From Paracoccaceae bacterium (GTDB lineage: Bacteria > Pseudomonadota > Alphaproteobacteria > Rhodobacterales > Rhodobacteraceae), in contig REER01000073.1 in assembly GCA_007694945.1 (NCBI GenBank), positions 70,364 through 134,363 of the forward strand: 64,000 nucleotides of DNA, given 5' to 3'. Each line of letters starts with the position of its first letter. Position 1 is the first letter of the stretch. A program made the translations under genes and the position numbers. The notes beneath the pieces were generated by a model. It worked only from the letters and a program-made list of their open reading frames with translations, had not been told where the DNA came from and did no database searches. Positions 20,839-30,558 of this stretch are shown in pieces.

Positions 20839-21900
20839 ATGAATAAACTCTTTATCACAACCGCGCTGACCGCGAGCCTCGCAGCCGGTGCCGTCTCGGC
20901 TCAGGAGCGGGTTCGCTGGCAGGTGCCGATGAGCTTTGCCTCGACCCTGACCGCGCTGGGCGACACGATGCCCTGGGTCGCTGACCAGTTGCGCGCTGTT
21001 TCGGGCGGCAATATCGACCTGCGCACAGCCGAACCGGGTGCAGTGGTGCCTGCGCTCTCGATCTTCGAGAACGTGTCGGAAGGCAATATCGACGCGGGCT
21101 ATAGCTGGATGGGCTATGAATGGGGCACGGTTCCTGCATCGGCTCTGTTCGGCGCGACGCCCTTCGGGCTGGAATCGATCGAGTTCCTCGCATGGATGAC
21201 CCATCACGGCGGCCAGGAACTGCTGGAAGAGACCTTCCATCCGTACAATGTCCACCCCGTCGCTTGCGGCACGATCAGCCCGGAAACCGCTGGTTGGTTC
21301 CGCAATGAAGTGCCGACGGTTGAAGATCTGGAAGGCCTGCGTTTCCGGGCTGCCGGTGTTGGTGGCGAGATTTTCCAGGAATTCGGTATGTCTGTGACGC
21401 TGCTACCGGGTGGTGAGCTGTATCAGGCCTTGGAAACCGGTACGCTCGACGCAACCGAATTCTCGTTGCCGACAGTGGACGAGCAACTCGGCTTCTATCA
21501 GGTCGCGCCCTATCTTTACCTGCCGGGCTGGCACCAGCCTTCGACAAACCAGTTTCTCTATGTCAATCTGGATGTCTGGAACGGTCTGGAAGATCAGACC
21601 CGCGCCATGATCGAGACGACCTGCATGGCTGGTAATGCCTATGCGATTGCCCGCGCCGAGGCGCTGCAAGGCGCGGCGATGGCTCGTTTCGAGGAGCAGG
21701 GTACCAATGTGCGGACCTATAGCGACGAGCAGATTGCCGCGTTCCGCGAAGCCTCGAACACGGTTCTGGGTGCGTGGTCCGAGCGTGACGAGATGTTCGG
21801 CAAAGTCTATAACTCGATGATGGAATTCCAGGCGGAACTGCGCCCCTGGAAGGAGATGGGCTACCTGCCGCGCGACTGGCAGACCCGTATCGGCGAGTGA
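20839..21900 (+). CDS. TRAP transporter substrate-binding protein (DctP superfamily)
   Basis: Track ORF 20800..21900, trimmed to the ATG preceded by GGAGG. It has a signal peptide (MNKLFITTALTASLAAGAVSAQE). It is followed by the small and large TRAP permease genes. Confidence 0.85.
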   Translation: MNKLFITTALTASLAAGAVSAQERVRWQVPMSFASTLTALGDTMPWVADQLRAVSGGNIDLRTAEPGAVVPALSIFENVSEGNIDAGYSWMGYEWGTVPASALFGATPFGLESIEFLAWMTHHGGQELLEETFHPYNVHPVACGTISPETAGWFRNEVPTVEDLEGLRFRAAGVGGEIFQEFGMSVTLLPGGELYQALETGTLDATEFSLPTVDEQLGFYQVAPYLYLPGWHQPSTNQFLYVNLDVWNGLEDQTRAMIETTCMAGNAYAIARAEALQGAAMARFEEQGTNVRTYSDEQIAAFREASNTVLGAWSERDEMFGKVYNSMMEFQAELRPWKEMGYLPRDWQTRIGE

Positions 21901-21920
21901 TGCCAAATCTCTAGACGTCT

Positions 21921-21948
21921 GGGCCGCGCCTTGCATAAGGCGCGGCCC
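21921..21948 (+). other. Intercistronic stem-loop after the TRAP binding-protein gene
   Basis: It has a 12-bp perfect stem (GGGCCGCGCCTT / AAGGCGCGGCCC) and a GCAT loop, about 20 nt after the stop, with no T-tract. This is the classic position for hairpins that raise binding-protein mRNA levels relative to the permease genes. Confidence 0.5.
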
Positions 21949-22014
21949 ACACCTAGCATAAAGGGATGCACAGCCCCTCAAGGGTTGGAGTAGATAGCGC
22001 AGGGAGGGCGGCGC

Positions 22015-22614
22015 ATGAGCCAGAAGCAACGACAAATCGAGCTGGATCTCGAGAAGGTCGAGAATGCGGGCGCTCGCAGTCACGGGCTGGATTTTCCGCG
22101 CACATGGTTGTCGGACATAATCGAGAAGATACTCGAATTGTTCTCTTATCTGCTCAACAGTATCTGGATCATTCTGGTCCTCATCATCGTCGCGAATGTG
22201 GCGATGCGCTATGTGCTCAATGTCAATTACGTCTGGATCGAGGAAGTGCAATGGCACATGTACGCCGTAGGCTTCATGTTTGGGATCGGCTATGCGCTGA
22301 TGCATGACAGCCATGTGCGCGTTGATGTGCTGGCCGCGAATTTCCGCCAAACCACTCGCGCTTGGGTCGAGGTTTTTGCAATCGTCGGAATCATCCTGCC
22401 GATGTGCTGGATCATCATTTCCTATGGTATCCCCTTTGTTGAGGCATCCTATAACCGAGGCGAACGATCTTCTGCGCCCGGTGGCCTGGCCAATCGCTGG
22501 ATGATCAAGAGCGTGATCGTACTGGCCTTTGCCTATATCGGGCTGGCAGCCTTTGCCCGGCTGCTGCGCGTTAGCGCGTTTCTCTTCAACTTCCCGCGCG
22601 CGCGGGCCACATAA
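22015..22614 (+). CDS. TRAP transporter small permease (DctQ-like)
   Basis: The 199-aa product has four hydrophobic segments. GGGAGGG lies upstream of the ATG. Its position between the binding-protein and large-permease genes supports the call. Confidence 0.8.
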   Translation: MSQKQRQIELDLEKVENAGARSHGLDFPRTWLSDIIEKILELFSYLLNSIWIILVLIIVANVAMRYVLNVNYVWIEEVQWHMYAVGFMFGIGYALMHDSHVRVDVLAANFRQTTRAWVEVFAIVGIILPMCWIIISYGIPFVEASYNRGERSSAPGGLANRWMIKSVIVLAFAYIGLAAFARLLRVSAFLFNFPRARAT

Positions 22615-22670
22615 TCACAATCGGACCGCCTGCGCGCGCCCCGCACGGTTTTTCAGGACAGGGACAAGGG

Positions 22671-24026
22671 ATGGAAGTCAACGAAATCCTCGTCGTGGCG
22701 ATGCTGGTCTCCTTCATCGCGCTCATATTTACCGGAATACCGGTCGCATGGGCGCTGGCCGGTGTATCGATTGGTTTCAGCTTCATCGCCATTTATGGTT
22801 TTGAATGGTTCAATTGGGATACCTACTTCCTGACTGATTTCCGGATCTTTGGGATATTCGTCCAGCGCATCTGGGGGCAGATGTCGAACTGGATTCTTGT
22901 CGCGTTACCGATGTTCATTTTCATGGGTCTGATGCTGGAGCGCTCTGGCGTGACGGAAAAGCTGATGGCGAATTTCATCCAGCTTTTCGGGCGTTTCCGG
23001 GGCGGGCTGGCGCTGGGCGTGGTGCTGATCGGTATTTTGCTTGCAGCGTCAACCGGCATCGTGGGCGCGTCGGTGGTGCTGCTGGCTCTGCTCTCGATGC
23101 CGATCATGCTCAAGGAAGGTTACAACAAGGGGTTTGCCTCGGGGGTGGTATGCTCGGCCGGCACGCTAGGCATTCTCATCCCACCCTCAATCATGCTGAT
23201 CATCATGGCAGATCAGATGTCGGTCTCGGTGGGCAACCTGTTCATGGGTGCGCTTATACCGGGGCTGATGCTCGGGACCTTTTATATTATCTACATTATG
23301 GGGGCGGCGACCTTCTTCAAGAAGCTGGCGCCCGCACCAACAGACCTGCCGCCGGTCACGGCAAGGCTGATATTTGACACCCTGCTGGCAGTGGTGCCGC
23401 CGCTGCTACTGATCCTTGCGGTGCTGGGGTCGATCTTCCTAGGGCTGGCGACACCTACCGAAGCCTCGGGTGTCGGGGCGTTTGGCGCAACACTTCTAGC
23501 CGCACTCAACGGAAGGTTGACCTGGGAGGTACTGAAAGACGTGGGCATGAAAACCACGCTGACGACGGCTTTCATCTTTGGTATTTTCCTGGGCGCGACC
23601 ATGTTCGCCGTGGTGATGCGGCAGTTGGGCGGGGATGAGTTCATCACCCAATCGCTGCAGTCGCTACCGTTCGGCCCCTCCGGGATTGTACTCACCATCC
23701 TGTTTATCGCATTCCTTGCGGGTTTCTTCCTCGACTGGTTGGAAATCTCGTTGATCATGTTGCCCCTCGTTGCGCCTGTTGTGGTGCTTCTGGGCTTTGA
23801 TCAGATCTGGTTCATCGTGCTCTTTGCCGTGGTGCTGCAAACCAGCTTTCTGACACCACCTGTGGGCTTTTCACTGTTTTACCTCAAGGGTGTCGCGCCT
23901 CCAGGGGTGACGATTGTCGACATCTACAAGGGCGTTATCCCCTTCGTCCTGTTACAGATGCTGGCGGTAATGATTGTGTTCCTGTACCCTCAACTCGTGC
24001 TCTGGTTACCGGGTGTGATGTATTGA
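22671..24026 (+). CDS. TRAP transporter large permease (DctM-like)
   Basis: The 451-aa product is strongly hydrophobic and polytopic, with DctM-like segments (GIPVAWALAGVS..., GILIPPSIMLII). Confidence 0.9.
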   Translation: MEVNEILVVAMLVSFIALIFTGIPVAWALAGVSIGFSFIAIYGFEWFNWDTYFLTDFRIFGIFVQRIWGQMSNWILVALPMFIFMGLMLERSGVTEKLMANFIQLFGRFRGGLALGVVLIGILLAASTGIVGASVVLLALLSMPIMLKEGYNKGFASGVVCSAGTLGILIPPSIMLIIMADQMSVSVGNLFMGALIPGLMLGTFYIIYIMGAATFFKKLAPAPTDLPPVTARLIFDTLLAVVPPLLLILAVLGSIFLGLATPTEASGVGAFGATLLAALNGRLTWEVLKDVGMKTTLTTAFIFGIFLGATMFAVVMRQLGGDEFITQSLQSLPFGPSGIVLTILFIAFLAGFFLDWLEISLIMLPLVAPVVVLLGFDQIWFIVLFAVVLQTSFLTPPVGFSLFYLKGVAPPGVTIVDIYKGVIPFVLLQMLAVMIVFLYPQLVLWLPGVMY

Positions 24027-24036
24027 AGGACCGCAA

Positions 24037-24059
24037 AAGGGGCGCGCTTCGCGCCCCTT
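24037..24059 (+). terminator. Hairpin downstream of the TRAP large permease gene
   Basis: It has a 9-bp stem (AAGGGGCGC / GCGCCCCTT) and a 5-nt loop, 11 nt after the stop. There is no clear T-tract, so it may act as an attenuating or stabilising hairpin rather than a full terminator. Confidence 0.4.
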
Positions 24060-24115
24060 GCTGAACGCGGCGAATATGGTAGCGTTATTTGATCATATTC
24101 AGCCGGAGACAAGAC

Positions 24116-25438
24116 ATGGCCCTCGACCGCCCCACCCCCAATGATCTGCGCGCCTTCTGGATGCCGTTCACGGCCAATCGTCAATTCAAGGCCGCGCCGC
24201 GCATGTTGGTCGAGGCCGAGGGGATGTTCTATACCACCTCGGATGGGCGGCAGGTGCTGGACGGCACGGCAGGGCTGTGGTGCTGCAATGCGGGACACAA
24301 GCGCCCGAAGATTGTCGAGGCGATCCAAAAACAGGCCGCCGAGCTGGACTATGCCCCTGCCTTCCAGATGGGCCACCCCAAGGCCTTTGAACTGGCCAAC
24401 CGGCTGGTCGATATGGCCCCGGATGGAATGGATCACGCTTTTTTCGTCAATTCAGGGTCTGAGGCAGTCGAGACCGCGCTGAAAATCGCCATTGCCTACC
24501 ACCGCGCGCGCGGCGAGGGTGCGCGCACCCGTCTGATCGGGCGAGAGCGTGGCTATCACGGGGTCAATTTCGGTGGCATCTCGGTCGGCGGGATCGTGAA
24601 TAACCGTCGTCATTTTGGTGCGATGCTGTCGGGCGTCGATCATCTGCCGCATACGCATATCCCCGAGAACCAATGGTCCAAGGGCCAGCCCGAGCATGGC
24701 GCGCATCTGGCCGATGATCTGGAGCGGATCATTGCGCTGCATGGCTCCGACACGATTGCGGCGGTCATTGTGGAACCTGTTGCTGGCTCCACTGGTGTAT
24801 TGCTGCCGCCGAAAGGCTATCTGGAGCGGCTGCGCGCGATCACCGCCAAGCATGGTATCCTGTTGATTTTTGATGAGGTGATCACCGGTTTTGGCCGTTT
24901 GGGCAGCGCCTTTGCCGCGCACCATTTCGATGTGGTGCCCGACATGATCACCTGCGCCAAGGGGCTCACTAATGGCGTGATCCCGATGGGCGCGGTGCTG
25001 ACCACAGCGAACATCCACGACGCCTTCATGCAGGGCCCCGAGCATATGATCGAGCTGTTCCACGGCTATACCTATTCGGGCAGCCCGATTGCCTCGGCCG
25101 CGGGGCTTGCGACGCTGGAAACCTATCGCGAAGAAGGGCTGTACGAGCGCTGCGCCGAGATCGCGCCTTATTGGGAAGAGGCGGTGCATTCGCTGAAGGG
25201 CCGTCGCCACGTCATCGACATCCGCAATATGGGGCTGATCGGCGCCGTGGAGTTGGAGCCGATTGCGGGGGCGCCGACACAGCGCGCGTTTTCGGCTTTC
25301 CTCAAGGCCTATGAGAAGGGCGTGCTGATCCGCACCACGGGCGATATTATCGCCATGTCGCCCCCGCTGATCATCGAGAAGGCACATATCGACCAGTTGA
25401 TCGGCACCTTGGGCGATGTGTTGGACGCGCTCGACTGA
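24116..25438 (+). CDS. Class III PLP aminotransferase, omega-amino acid:pyruvate (beta-alanine--pyruvate) type
   Basis: The N-terminus FWMPFTANRQFKAAPRMLVEAEGMFYTTSDGRQVLDGTAGLWCCNAGH, plus FDEVITGFGRLG and the PLP-lysine context TCAKGLTNG, support the call. The start is set at MALDRP, with GGAGA upstream. Confidence 0.85.
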   Translation: MALDRPTPNDLRAFWMPFTANRQFKAAPRMLVEAEGMFYTTSDGRQVLDGTAGLWCCNAGHKRPKIVEAIQKQAAELDYAPAFQMGHPKAFELANRLVDMAPDGMDHAFFVNSGSEAVETALKIAIAYHRARGEGARTRLIGRERGYHGVNFGGISVGGIVNNRRHFGAMLSGVDHLPHTHIPENQWSKGQPEHGAHLADDLERIIALHGSDTIAAVIVEPVAGSTGVLLPPKGYLERLRAITAKHGILLIFDEVITGFGRLGSAFAAHHFDVVPDMITCAKGLTNGVIPMGAVLTTANIHDAFMQGPEHMIELFHGYTYSGSPIASAAGLATLETYREEGLYERCAEIAPYWEEAVHSLKGRRHVIDIRNMGLIGAVELEPIAGAPTQRAFSAFLKAYEKGVLIRTTGDIIAMSPPLIIEKAHIDQLIGTLGDVLDALD

Positions 25439-25905
25439 TGAGCAAATCCGTCAAGCGGGTGGCCCGCGCGCTGGCTGAGGTGGGCCTGCCGGACACGATT
25501 GCCGAGCCGGGCGAGAGCCGGACAGCGGAACTCGCTGCCGCGGCCTGTGCTTGCGAGATTGATCAGATCGTGAAGTCGATCATCTTCGCAGGCGCGGAGT
25601 CGGGCGAGATCCGGCTGTTCCTGACCGCAGGCGGCAACCGGATCTGCGCCGAGAAAGCCTCAAGCCTGGCAGGTGAGCCGCTGGGGCGGGCGGATGCGAA
25701 TCTCGTGCGTGCGACCACTGGTTTCGCGATTGGCGGAGTCGCACCGGTAGGCCATCTGACGCCCTCGCCCACATGGATGGACCCGCGCCTGCTGGAGTTT
25801 CCGCTGGTCTGGGCGGCAGCGGGCACCCCACGCCATGTCTTTTCAATCGATCCGCGGGTGCTTATCACTCTGGCCGACGCCACCGTCGCGGACTTTACCG
25901 AATGA
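25438..25905 (+). CDS. YbaK/EbsC-type aminoacyl-tRNA deacylase domain protein
   Basis: The 155-aa product contains ...KSIIFAG...GFAIGGVAPVGH... Its ATG overlaps the aminotransferase stop (TGATG). Confidence 0.7.
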   Translation: MSKSVKRVARALAEVGLPDTIAEPGESRTAELAAAACACEIDQIVKSIIFAGAESGEIRLFLTAGGNRICAEKASSLAGEPLGRADANLVRATTGFAIGGVAPVGHLTPSPTWMDPRLLEFPLVWAAAGTPRHVFSIDPRVLITLADATVADFTE

Positions 25906-26336
25906 GCCTGCCCGACCCTGAACTGCAGCCCGAATTCTATAGCGATGTGCCGTTGAAGCGCGCGTTGGCCTGGTTGATTGATCTGCTCATCACCTTGGTC
26001 ATTACAATTCTGGCTCTGCCGTTCACGCTCTTTGTGGCCGCATTCTTTCTGCCCTTCTTTTATGTCTCCATTTCGATAGCCTATCGCACCGTGATGCTGG
26101 CCCGCTATGGCGCGACCTTCGGCATGATGCTGACCGCACTGAAATGGCGGCGGCTGAACGGCAGCGCGCCGGACCCGTTGACGGCCTTCTACTACAGCGC
26201 GATCCATGCCGGACAATGGGCCGTGATCCCGGTACAGATCGCCTCGATCGTGATGATCCTTGTCACGCCGTACCGGCAGGGGTTGAATGACCAGATCATG
26301 GGCACAACGATGCTGCACACGGTTGCCCCCGAATAG
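25902..26336 (+). CDS. RDD family membrane protein
   Basis: Track ORF 25773..26336, trimmed to MSLPDPELQPEFYSDVPLKRALAWLIDLLI. It has an ATGA overlap with the preceding gene and three hydrophobic segments. Confidence 0.6.
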   Translation: MSLPDPELQPEFYSDVPLKRALAWLIDLLITLVITILALPFTLFVAAFFLPFFYVSISIAYRTVMLARYGATFGMMLTALKWRRLNGSAPDPLTAFYYSAIHAGQWAVIPVQIASIVMILVTPYRQGLNDQIMGTTMLHTVAPE

Positions 26337-26413
26337 CGCCGCACAGACCCCTTGGCGAATGGAAAAAGCCTTGATAGGCTGCGTCCTCGAGCCATTTTCC
26401 CGAGAAGAGCTTG

Positions 26414-27274
26414 ATGCGTCATTCACTGCCAACGATCCCGCAGTTCTATGTGACTGCCCCGCAACCCTGCCCGTATCTCGCCGGACGGATGGAGCGTAAA
26501 CTGTTCACGGCGCTGCAGGGCGATCAGGCCGAGGCGATGAATGACACGCTGTCGAAACAGGGCTTCCGGCGGTCGCAGAATGTGCTCTATCGCCCTTCCT
26601 GCGCAGATTGCTGCGCCTGTCTCTCGGCGCGAATACGGGTTGCGGATTTCAAGCCCTCGCGCTCGCAGCGCCGCGTGATGCGGCGCAACGCACATCTGCA
26701 GCGCCATGTTACCAGTGCCTGGGCGACAGAGGACCAGTTCGACCTGTTCCGCCGCTATCTCGATTCGCGTCATGCTGATGGCGGTATGGCCGATATGGAT
26801 GTGTTCGAGTTCGCTGCCATGGTTGAGGAAACGCCTGTGCGCACGCGAGTGCTCGAGTATCTCGAGCCCAAGTCCGGCTCCGGTCGGGGTGCGCTGCGAG
26901 CCGTGTGCCTGACCGACGTACTCGATGATGGGCTGAGCCTCGTTTATTCCTTCTTCGATCCCGAAAAAGCAGGCGATTCGCTGGGCACCTACATGATCCT
27001 CGATCAGGTCGCCTTGGCTCAGAAACTAGGCCTCCCCTATGTCTACCTCGGCTATTGGGTGCCGGGCTCGCCAAAGATGGACTACAAGGCGCGCTTCGCC
27101 GCGCTGGAGGTCTTCCATCAGGATAACTGGCAACCATTGAAAGCGCCCGAGCACTATTCCGGCACGACGCATCCGCTATCGGTAAAGCCTATCGCCGAGC
27201 AGGTTGCGAGTCTTGCCATGCCTGAGACCCTAAGCGCGCCTGTTGCGCCTCGGCGGATGCAGCGCGACCCGTAG
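26414..27274 (+). CDS. bpt: Arginyl/aspartate-glutamate leucyl-tRNA--protein transferase (Bpt family)
   Basis: The product has [46 protein letters not shown] and YVYLGYWV, as in bacterial Bpt/ATE. Confidence 0.85.
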   Translation: MRHSLPTIPQFYVTAPQPCPYLAGRMERKLFTALQGDQAEAMNDTLSKQGFRRSQNVLYRPSCADCCACLSARIRVADFKPSRSQRRVMRRNAHLQRHVTSAWATEDQFDLFRRYLDSRHADGGMADMDVFEFAAMVEETPVRTRVLEYLEPKSGSGRGALRAVCLTDVLDDGLSLVYSFFDPEKAGDSLGTYMILDQVALAQKLGLPYVYLGYWVPGSPKMDYKARFAALEVFHQDNWQPLKAPEHYSGTTHPLSVKPIAEQVASLAMPETLSAPVAPRRMQRDP

Positions 27275-27303
27275 GTTGGGTGCCCCGCGTTTCGAATCCC
27301 GGT

Positions 27304-29352
27304 TCAGACCATGTGTAGCCGTTGCAGCAGTGCTTCGCCAAAACGCTCGACCCGCGCGGCATCCATGCCGCGCAGCCGCGCCAGTGCCTCGGGGGTTGCG
27401 GGGCGCGCCTCGGCAATGGCGCGCAGGCAGGCGGGCGAGAGCGTCAGGAGCTTTTCTGTCCCGTCCGCGCCGCGCTCCAGCCGCCGCGCGACCTGCTGCA
27501 ATTCGTCATAAAGCGCCCCCGCCTCACGCCCCGCAAGTTTACGCCGTTCGGGGTGCGGAGTACTTGGCATCGCACCTGTAACGGCGGCCAGAAAGACCGG
27601 CCCGTAGCGCTCGAGCTTGGCGGCGCCCACCCCCGAAATCCGTGCCATCGCATCGAGATCCATCGGGCGCTTCTCGGCCATTTCGATCAGGGTGCGGTCC
27701 GCGAAGATGACATAGGCCGGAACCCCCGCCGCCTCGGCCAGTTCGCGCCGTTTGGCCTTGAGTGCCGATAGCAGCGGTGCGTCCTCTTCCGAGACCAGCG
27801 CGCGCGGTTCGGGGCGTTCGCGTGCCTGCGTCACGCTGTCCTCGCGCAGGTGGATCTCGGCCTCGCCGCGCAGGATGGGGCGCGCGGCCTCGGTCATGCG
27901 TAATGCGCCGTGGCGTTCGGGATCGGGGCGCACGAGGTCGCGTCCCATCATCTGCCTGAACACGGCCTGCCAGCGCGCGCGGCTCAAATCCTTTCCGACA
28001 GCGAAGGTCGGCAGCGCATCATGTCGTCGCTCACGCACCTTGGGGGTCGCGTTGCCGGTCAGAATGTCGATCAGATGCCCGGCCCCAAAACTCTCGCCCG
28101 TGCGTAGCACGGCCGAGAGCGCCTTGCGCACCGGGGTTGTGGCATTGAACAGCGGAACCGGGCTTTCGCAGATATCGCAATTCCCGCAAGGCGCGCTCTC
28201 CTCGCCGAAATAGGACAGCAGCATCTGCCGTCTGCATTCCGTCGCCTCGGCAAGACCCAGCAGCGCGTTCAGCCGCCCGTGATCGGCCTGTTTGCGCTGC
28301 AGCGGCGCCAGCCCCTCGTCGATTTGCGCGCGGCGCAGGCGGATGTCGTCGGGGCCGAAAAGCGTCAGCGTATCGGCAGGCGCGCCATCCCGGCCCGCGC
28401 GGCCGATTTCCTGATAATAGGCTTCGATCGATTTGGGCAGGTCGGCATGGGCAACCCAGCGGATATCGGGCTTGTCCACGCCCATGCCAAAGGCCACCGT
28501 CGCCACAACGATCAGATCATCCTCGCGCTGAAACAGGGTCTCGACCACGCGGCGGGCATCGGCCTCCATCCCGCCGTGATAGGCGCGGGCATTGTGGCCT
28601 GCCGTGACGAGCGCCTGTGCCAAGGCCTCGGTCCGGGCGCGGGTGCCGCAATAGACAATCCCCGACTGACCCTTGCGTGCGGCTGCATAGGCGAGGATCT
28701 GCTCGCGCGGGCGGTTCTTGACCTGAAAATTCAGTCGAATATTGGGCCGGTCGAAGCCACGCAGAAAGACCTGCGGCGCCTGCCCGCCGAAGAGCCGCGC
28801 GATGATCTCGGCGCGCGTCTCGGCATCGGCAGTCGCCGTAAAAGCCGCAAGCGGCAGGTCGAGCGCGCGGCGCAACTCGCCGATGCGCAGGTAATCGGGG
28901 CGGAAATCATGCCCCCACTGGCTGACGCAATGCGCCTCATCGACTGCGATCAGCGAACAGCCCGCGCGGCGCAGCAGATCGACGGTGCCACCCGAGGCCA
29001 ACCGCTCGGGCGCCATGTACAACAGCTTCAACTCGCGCCGGGCCAGCGCCTCATGGACGGCCGCCGTCTCACCCTCGGTATTGCCCGAGGTCAGCGCCCC
29101 GGCTGCGACGCCAAGTTCCTGCAACGCCCGCACTTGGTCGCGCATCAGCGCGATCAGCGGTGAGATGACCAGCGTCACACCCTGGCGATTGAGTGCTGGC
29201 AGTTGATAGCAGAGCGATTTGCCGCCGCCCGTGGGCATGATCGCAAGCGTATCCTGCCCTTCGCAGACGGCCTCGACGATGTCGCGTTGGCCGGGTCGGA
29301 AGGCCGTGAAGCCGAAGACACGGGACAGCAGCGCGTCGGACGTATCTTTCAT
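27304..29352 (-). CDS. recQ: ATP-dependent DNA helicase RecQ (with an extra C-terminal HRDC-like module)
   Basis: Helicase motifs are present (FRPGQRDIV, MPTGGGKSLCYQLPA, DEAHCVSQWGHDFRP), along with the Zn-binding CGNCDIC. The start is set at MKDTSD (29352) to avoid overlapping yggT; 29379 is an alternative. Confidence 0.9.
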   Translation of the reverse strand: MKDTSDALLSRVFGFTAFRPGQRDIVEAVCEGQDTLAIMPTGGGKSLCYQLPALNRQGVTLVISPLIALMRDQVRALQELGVAAGALTSGNTEGETAAVHEALARRELKLLYMAPERLASGGTVDLLRRAGCSLIAVDEAHCVSQWGHDFRPDYLRIGELRRALDLPLAAFTATADAETRAEIIARLFGGQAPQVFLRGFDRPNIRLNFQVKNRPREQILAYAAARKGQSGIVYCGTRARTEALAQALVTAGHNARAYHGGMEADARRVVETLFQREDDLIVVATVAFGMGVDKPDIRWVAHADLPKSIEAYYQEIGRAGRDGAPADTLTLFGPDDIRLRRAQIDEGLAPLQRKQADHGRLNALLGLAEATECRRQMLLSYFGEESAPCGNCDICESPVPLFNATTPVRKALSAVLRTGESFGAGHLIDILTGNATPKVRERRHDALPTFAVGKDLSRARWQAVFRQMMGRDLVRPDPERHGALRMTEAARPILRGEAEIHLREDSVTQARERPEPRALVSEEDAPLLSALKAKRRELAEAAGVPAYVIFADRTLIEMAEKRPMDLDAMARISGVGAAKLERYGPVFLAAVTGAMPSTPHPERRKLAGREAGALYDELQQVARRLERGADGTEKLLTLSPACLRAIAEARPATPEALARLRGMDAARVERFGEALLQRLHMV

Positions 29353-29359
29353 TTCGGGG

Positions 29360-29647
29360 TCAGATGAAAATCGCCGCATTGTTGATCAGCACGATCCGCA
29401 GCGCGTAGATCGCGATCAGCGCCACCAGTGGCGCAAGATCAATCCCGCCAAGGTCGGGCAGGAATTGCCGGATGCGCTGATATGCGGGCTCGAGCAGCCG
29501 GTTCAGCCCGTCCCAGATCGAGGCGACCAGCGGCGAGCCCAGGCTGATGACCTGAAAATTGATCAGCCAGCTCATGATGATATGGATGATGATGATCCAC
29601 TGCGCAACGCTTAGAACAAGCAGGATGATCTGGATCAGGGACAGCAT
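29360..29647 (-). CDS. yggT: YggT family membrane protein
   Basis: Track ORF 29360..29731, trimmed to MLSLIQIILLVLSVAQWIIIIHIIMSWL; ...LPDLGGIDLAPLVALI... Confidence 0.7.
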   Translation of the reverse strand: MLSLIQIILLVLSVAQWIIIIHIIMSWLINFQVISLGSPLVASIWDGLNRLLEPAYQRIRQFLPDLGGIDLAPLVALIAIYALRIVLINNAAIFI

Positions 29648-29784
29648 CGGGCACTCCTTGGCGCTGGATTGTGGCAAACCTAATGGGCACGCGCCGGAAG
29701 GGCAAGGCGCGTCAGACGGGTGACTGGACAATCTGCCCTCTGCGGTTACTTTCGCACCGAACCGTTAGGGAAGGTTTCCGTCTC

Positions 29785-30558
29785 ATGCTTGTTGTTCTCT
29801 CACCTGCCAAGAAACTCGACTGGAGCCTGCGCGGCGCGCCCCGCGCCCTGACCGAACCCGAGTTTCAGCAAGACGCGGCCTATCTGGCGCAAGAGGCGCG
29901 CAAGATCGGCGCGGGTGGGCTGAAGAAGCTGATGAAGATCAGCGACAAGCTCGCCACGCTGAACCTCGAACGTTTCATGCAATTCCGCCCCGAGCCCGCC
30001 CCCGAACAGACTAGGCCTCCGATGCACGCCTTCGCGGGAGATACCTATACCGGGCTGGACGCCACGTCGCTCGATGTCGATGCCCTGGATTGGGCAGAGG
30101 GGCATCTGCGCATCCTCTCCGGGCTGTACGGTGTGTTGCGCCCGTTTGATGCGATGCAGCCCTACCGGCTGGAAATGGGCAGCCGCCTTGCCACGGCACA
30201 GGGCAAATCGCTCTATGACTATTGGGGCACGCGGCTGGCCGAGGCGCTTGATCAGGCCGCCGGTGAAGTCGGAGCGCAGGTCGTCGTGAATTGCGCCTCG
30301 CAGGAATATTTCGGGGCAGTGGCGCGCGACACGCTGCGCACGCGGGTTATCACGCCGGTGTTCAAGGAAATCCGTGACGGGGCCGAGCCGAAGGTGATCA
30401 GCTTCTTCGCCAAGAAGGCGCGCGGGGCGATGGCGCGCTTCATTCTGGAGAACCGTTTGACCGAACCTGAGGCGCTGCAAGCTTTCGACACCGGAGGGTA
30501 TCGCTACACGCCGGAACTGTCGGAACCTGACACGCCAGTATTCTTGCGCGAAAGCTGA
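29785..30558 (+). CDS. yaaA: Peroxide stress protein YaaA (UPF0246)
   Basis: Track ORF 29671..30558, trimmed to MLVVLSPAKKLD; ...LSGLYGVLRPFD.MQPYRLEM... Confidence 0.85.
   Translation: MLVVLSPAKKLDWSLRGAPRALTEPEFQQDAAYLAQEARKIGAGGLKKLMKISDKLATLNLERFMQFRPEPAPEQTRPPMHAFAGDTYTGLDATSLDVDALDWAEGHLRILSGLYGVLRPFDAMQPYRLEMGSRLATAQGKSLYDYWGTRLAEALDQAAGEVGAQVVVNCASQEYFGAVARDTLRTRVITPVFKEIRDGAEPKVISFFAKKARGAMARFILENRLTEPEALQAFDTGGYRYTPELSEPDTPVFLRES

Noticed and set aside
27275-27310. A tRNA T-loop-like string (GCGTTTCGAATCCCGG, then TTCAGACCA) that could mark a tRNA 3' fragment or integrase att site.
   Set aside because: The flanking bases do not form a proper T-stem (one mismatch in 5 bp) or an acceptor stem. 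There is no upstream tRNA body. The string lies in a 29-bp gap between the convergent stops of bpt and recQ and runs into recQ coding sequence. No integrase or island is nearby. It is most likely coincidence.
30504-30558. A 55-nt convergent 3' overlap between yaaA and the hybrid histidine kinase, as possible antisense regulation.
   Set aside because: The last roughly 18 codons of the kinase ORF (…LSRKNTGVSGSDSSGV) look like unstructured read-on past the final receiver domain. Such tail overlaps are common and need no special explanation.
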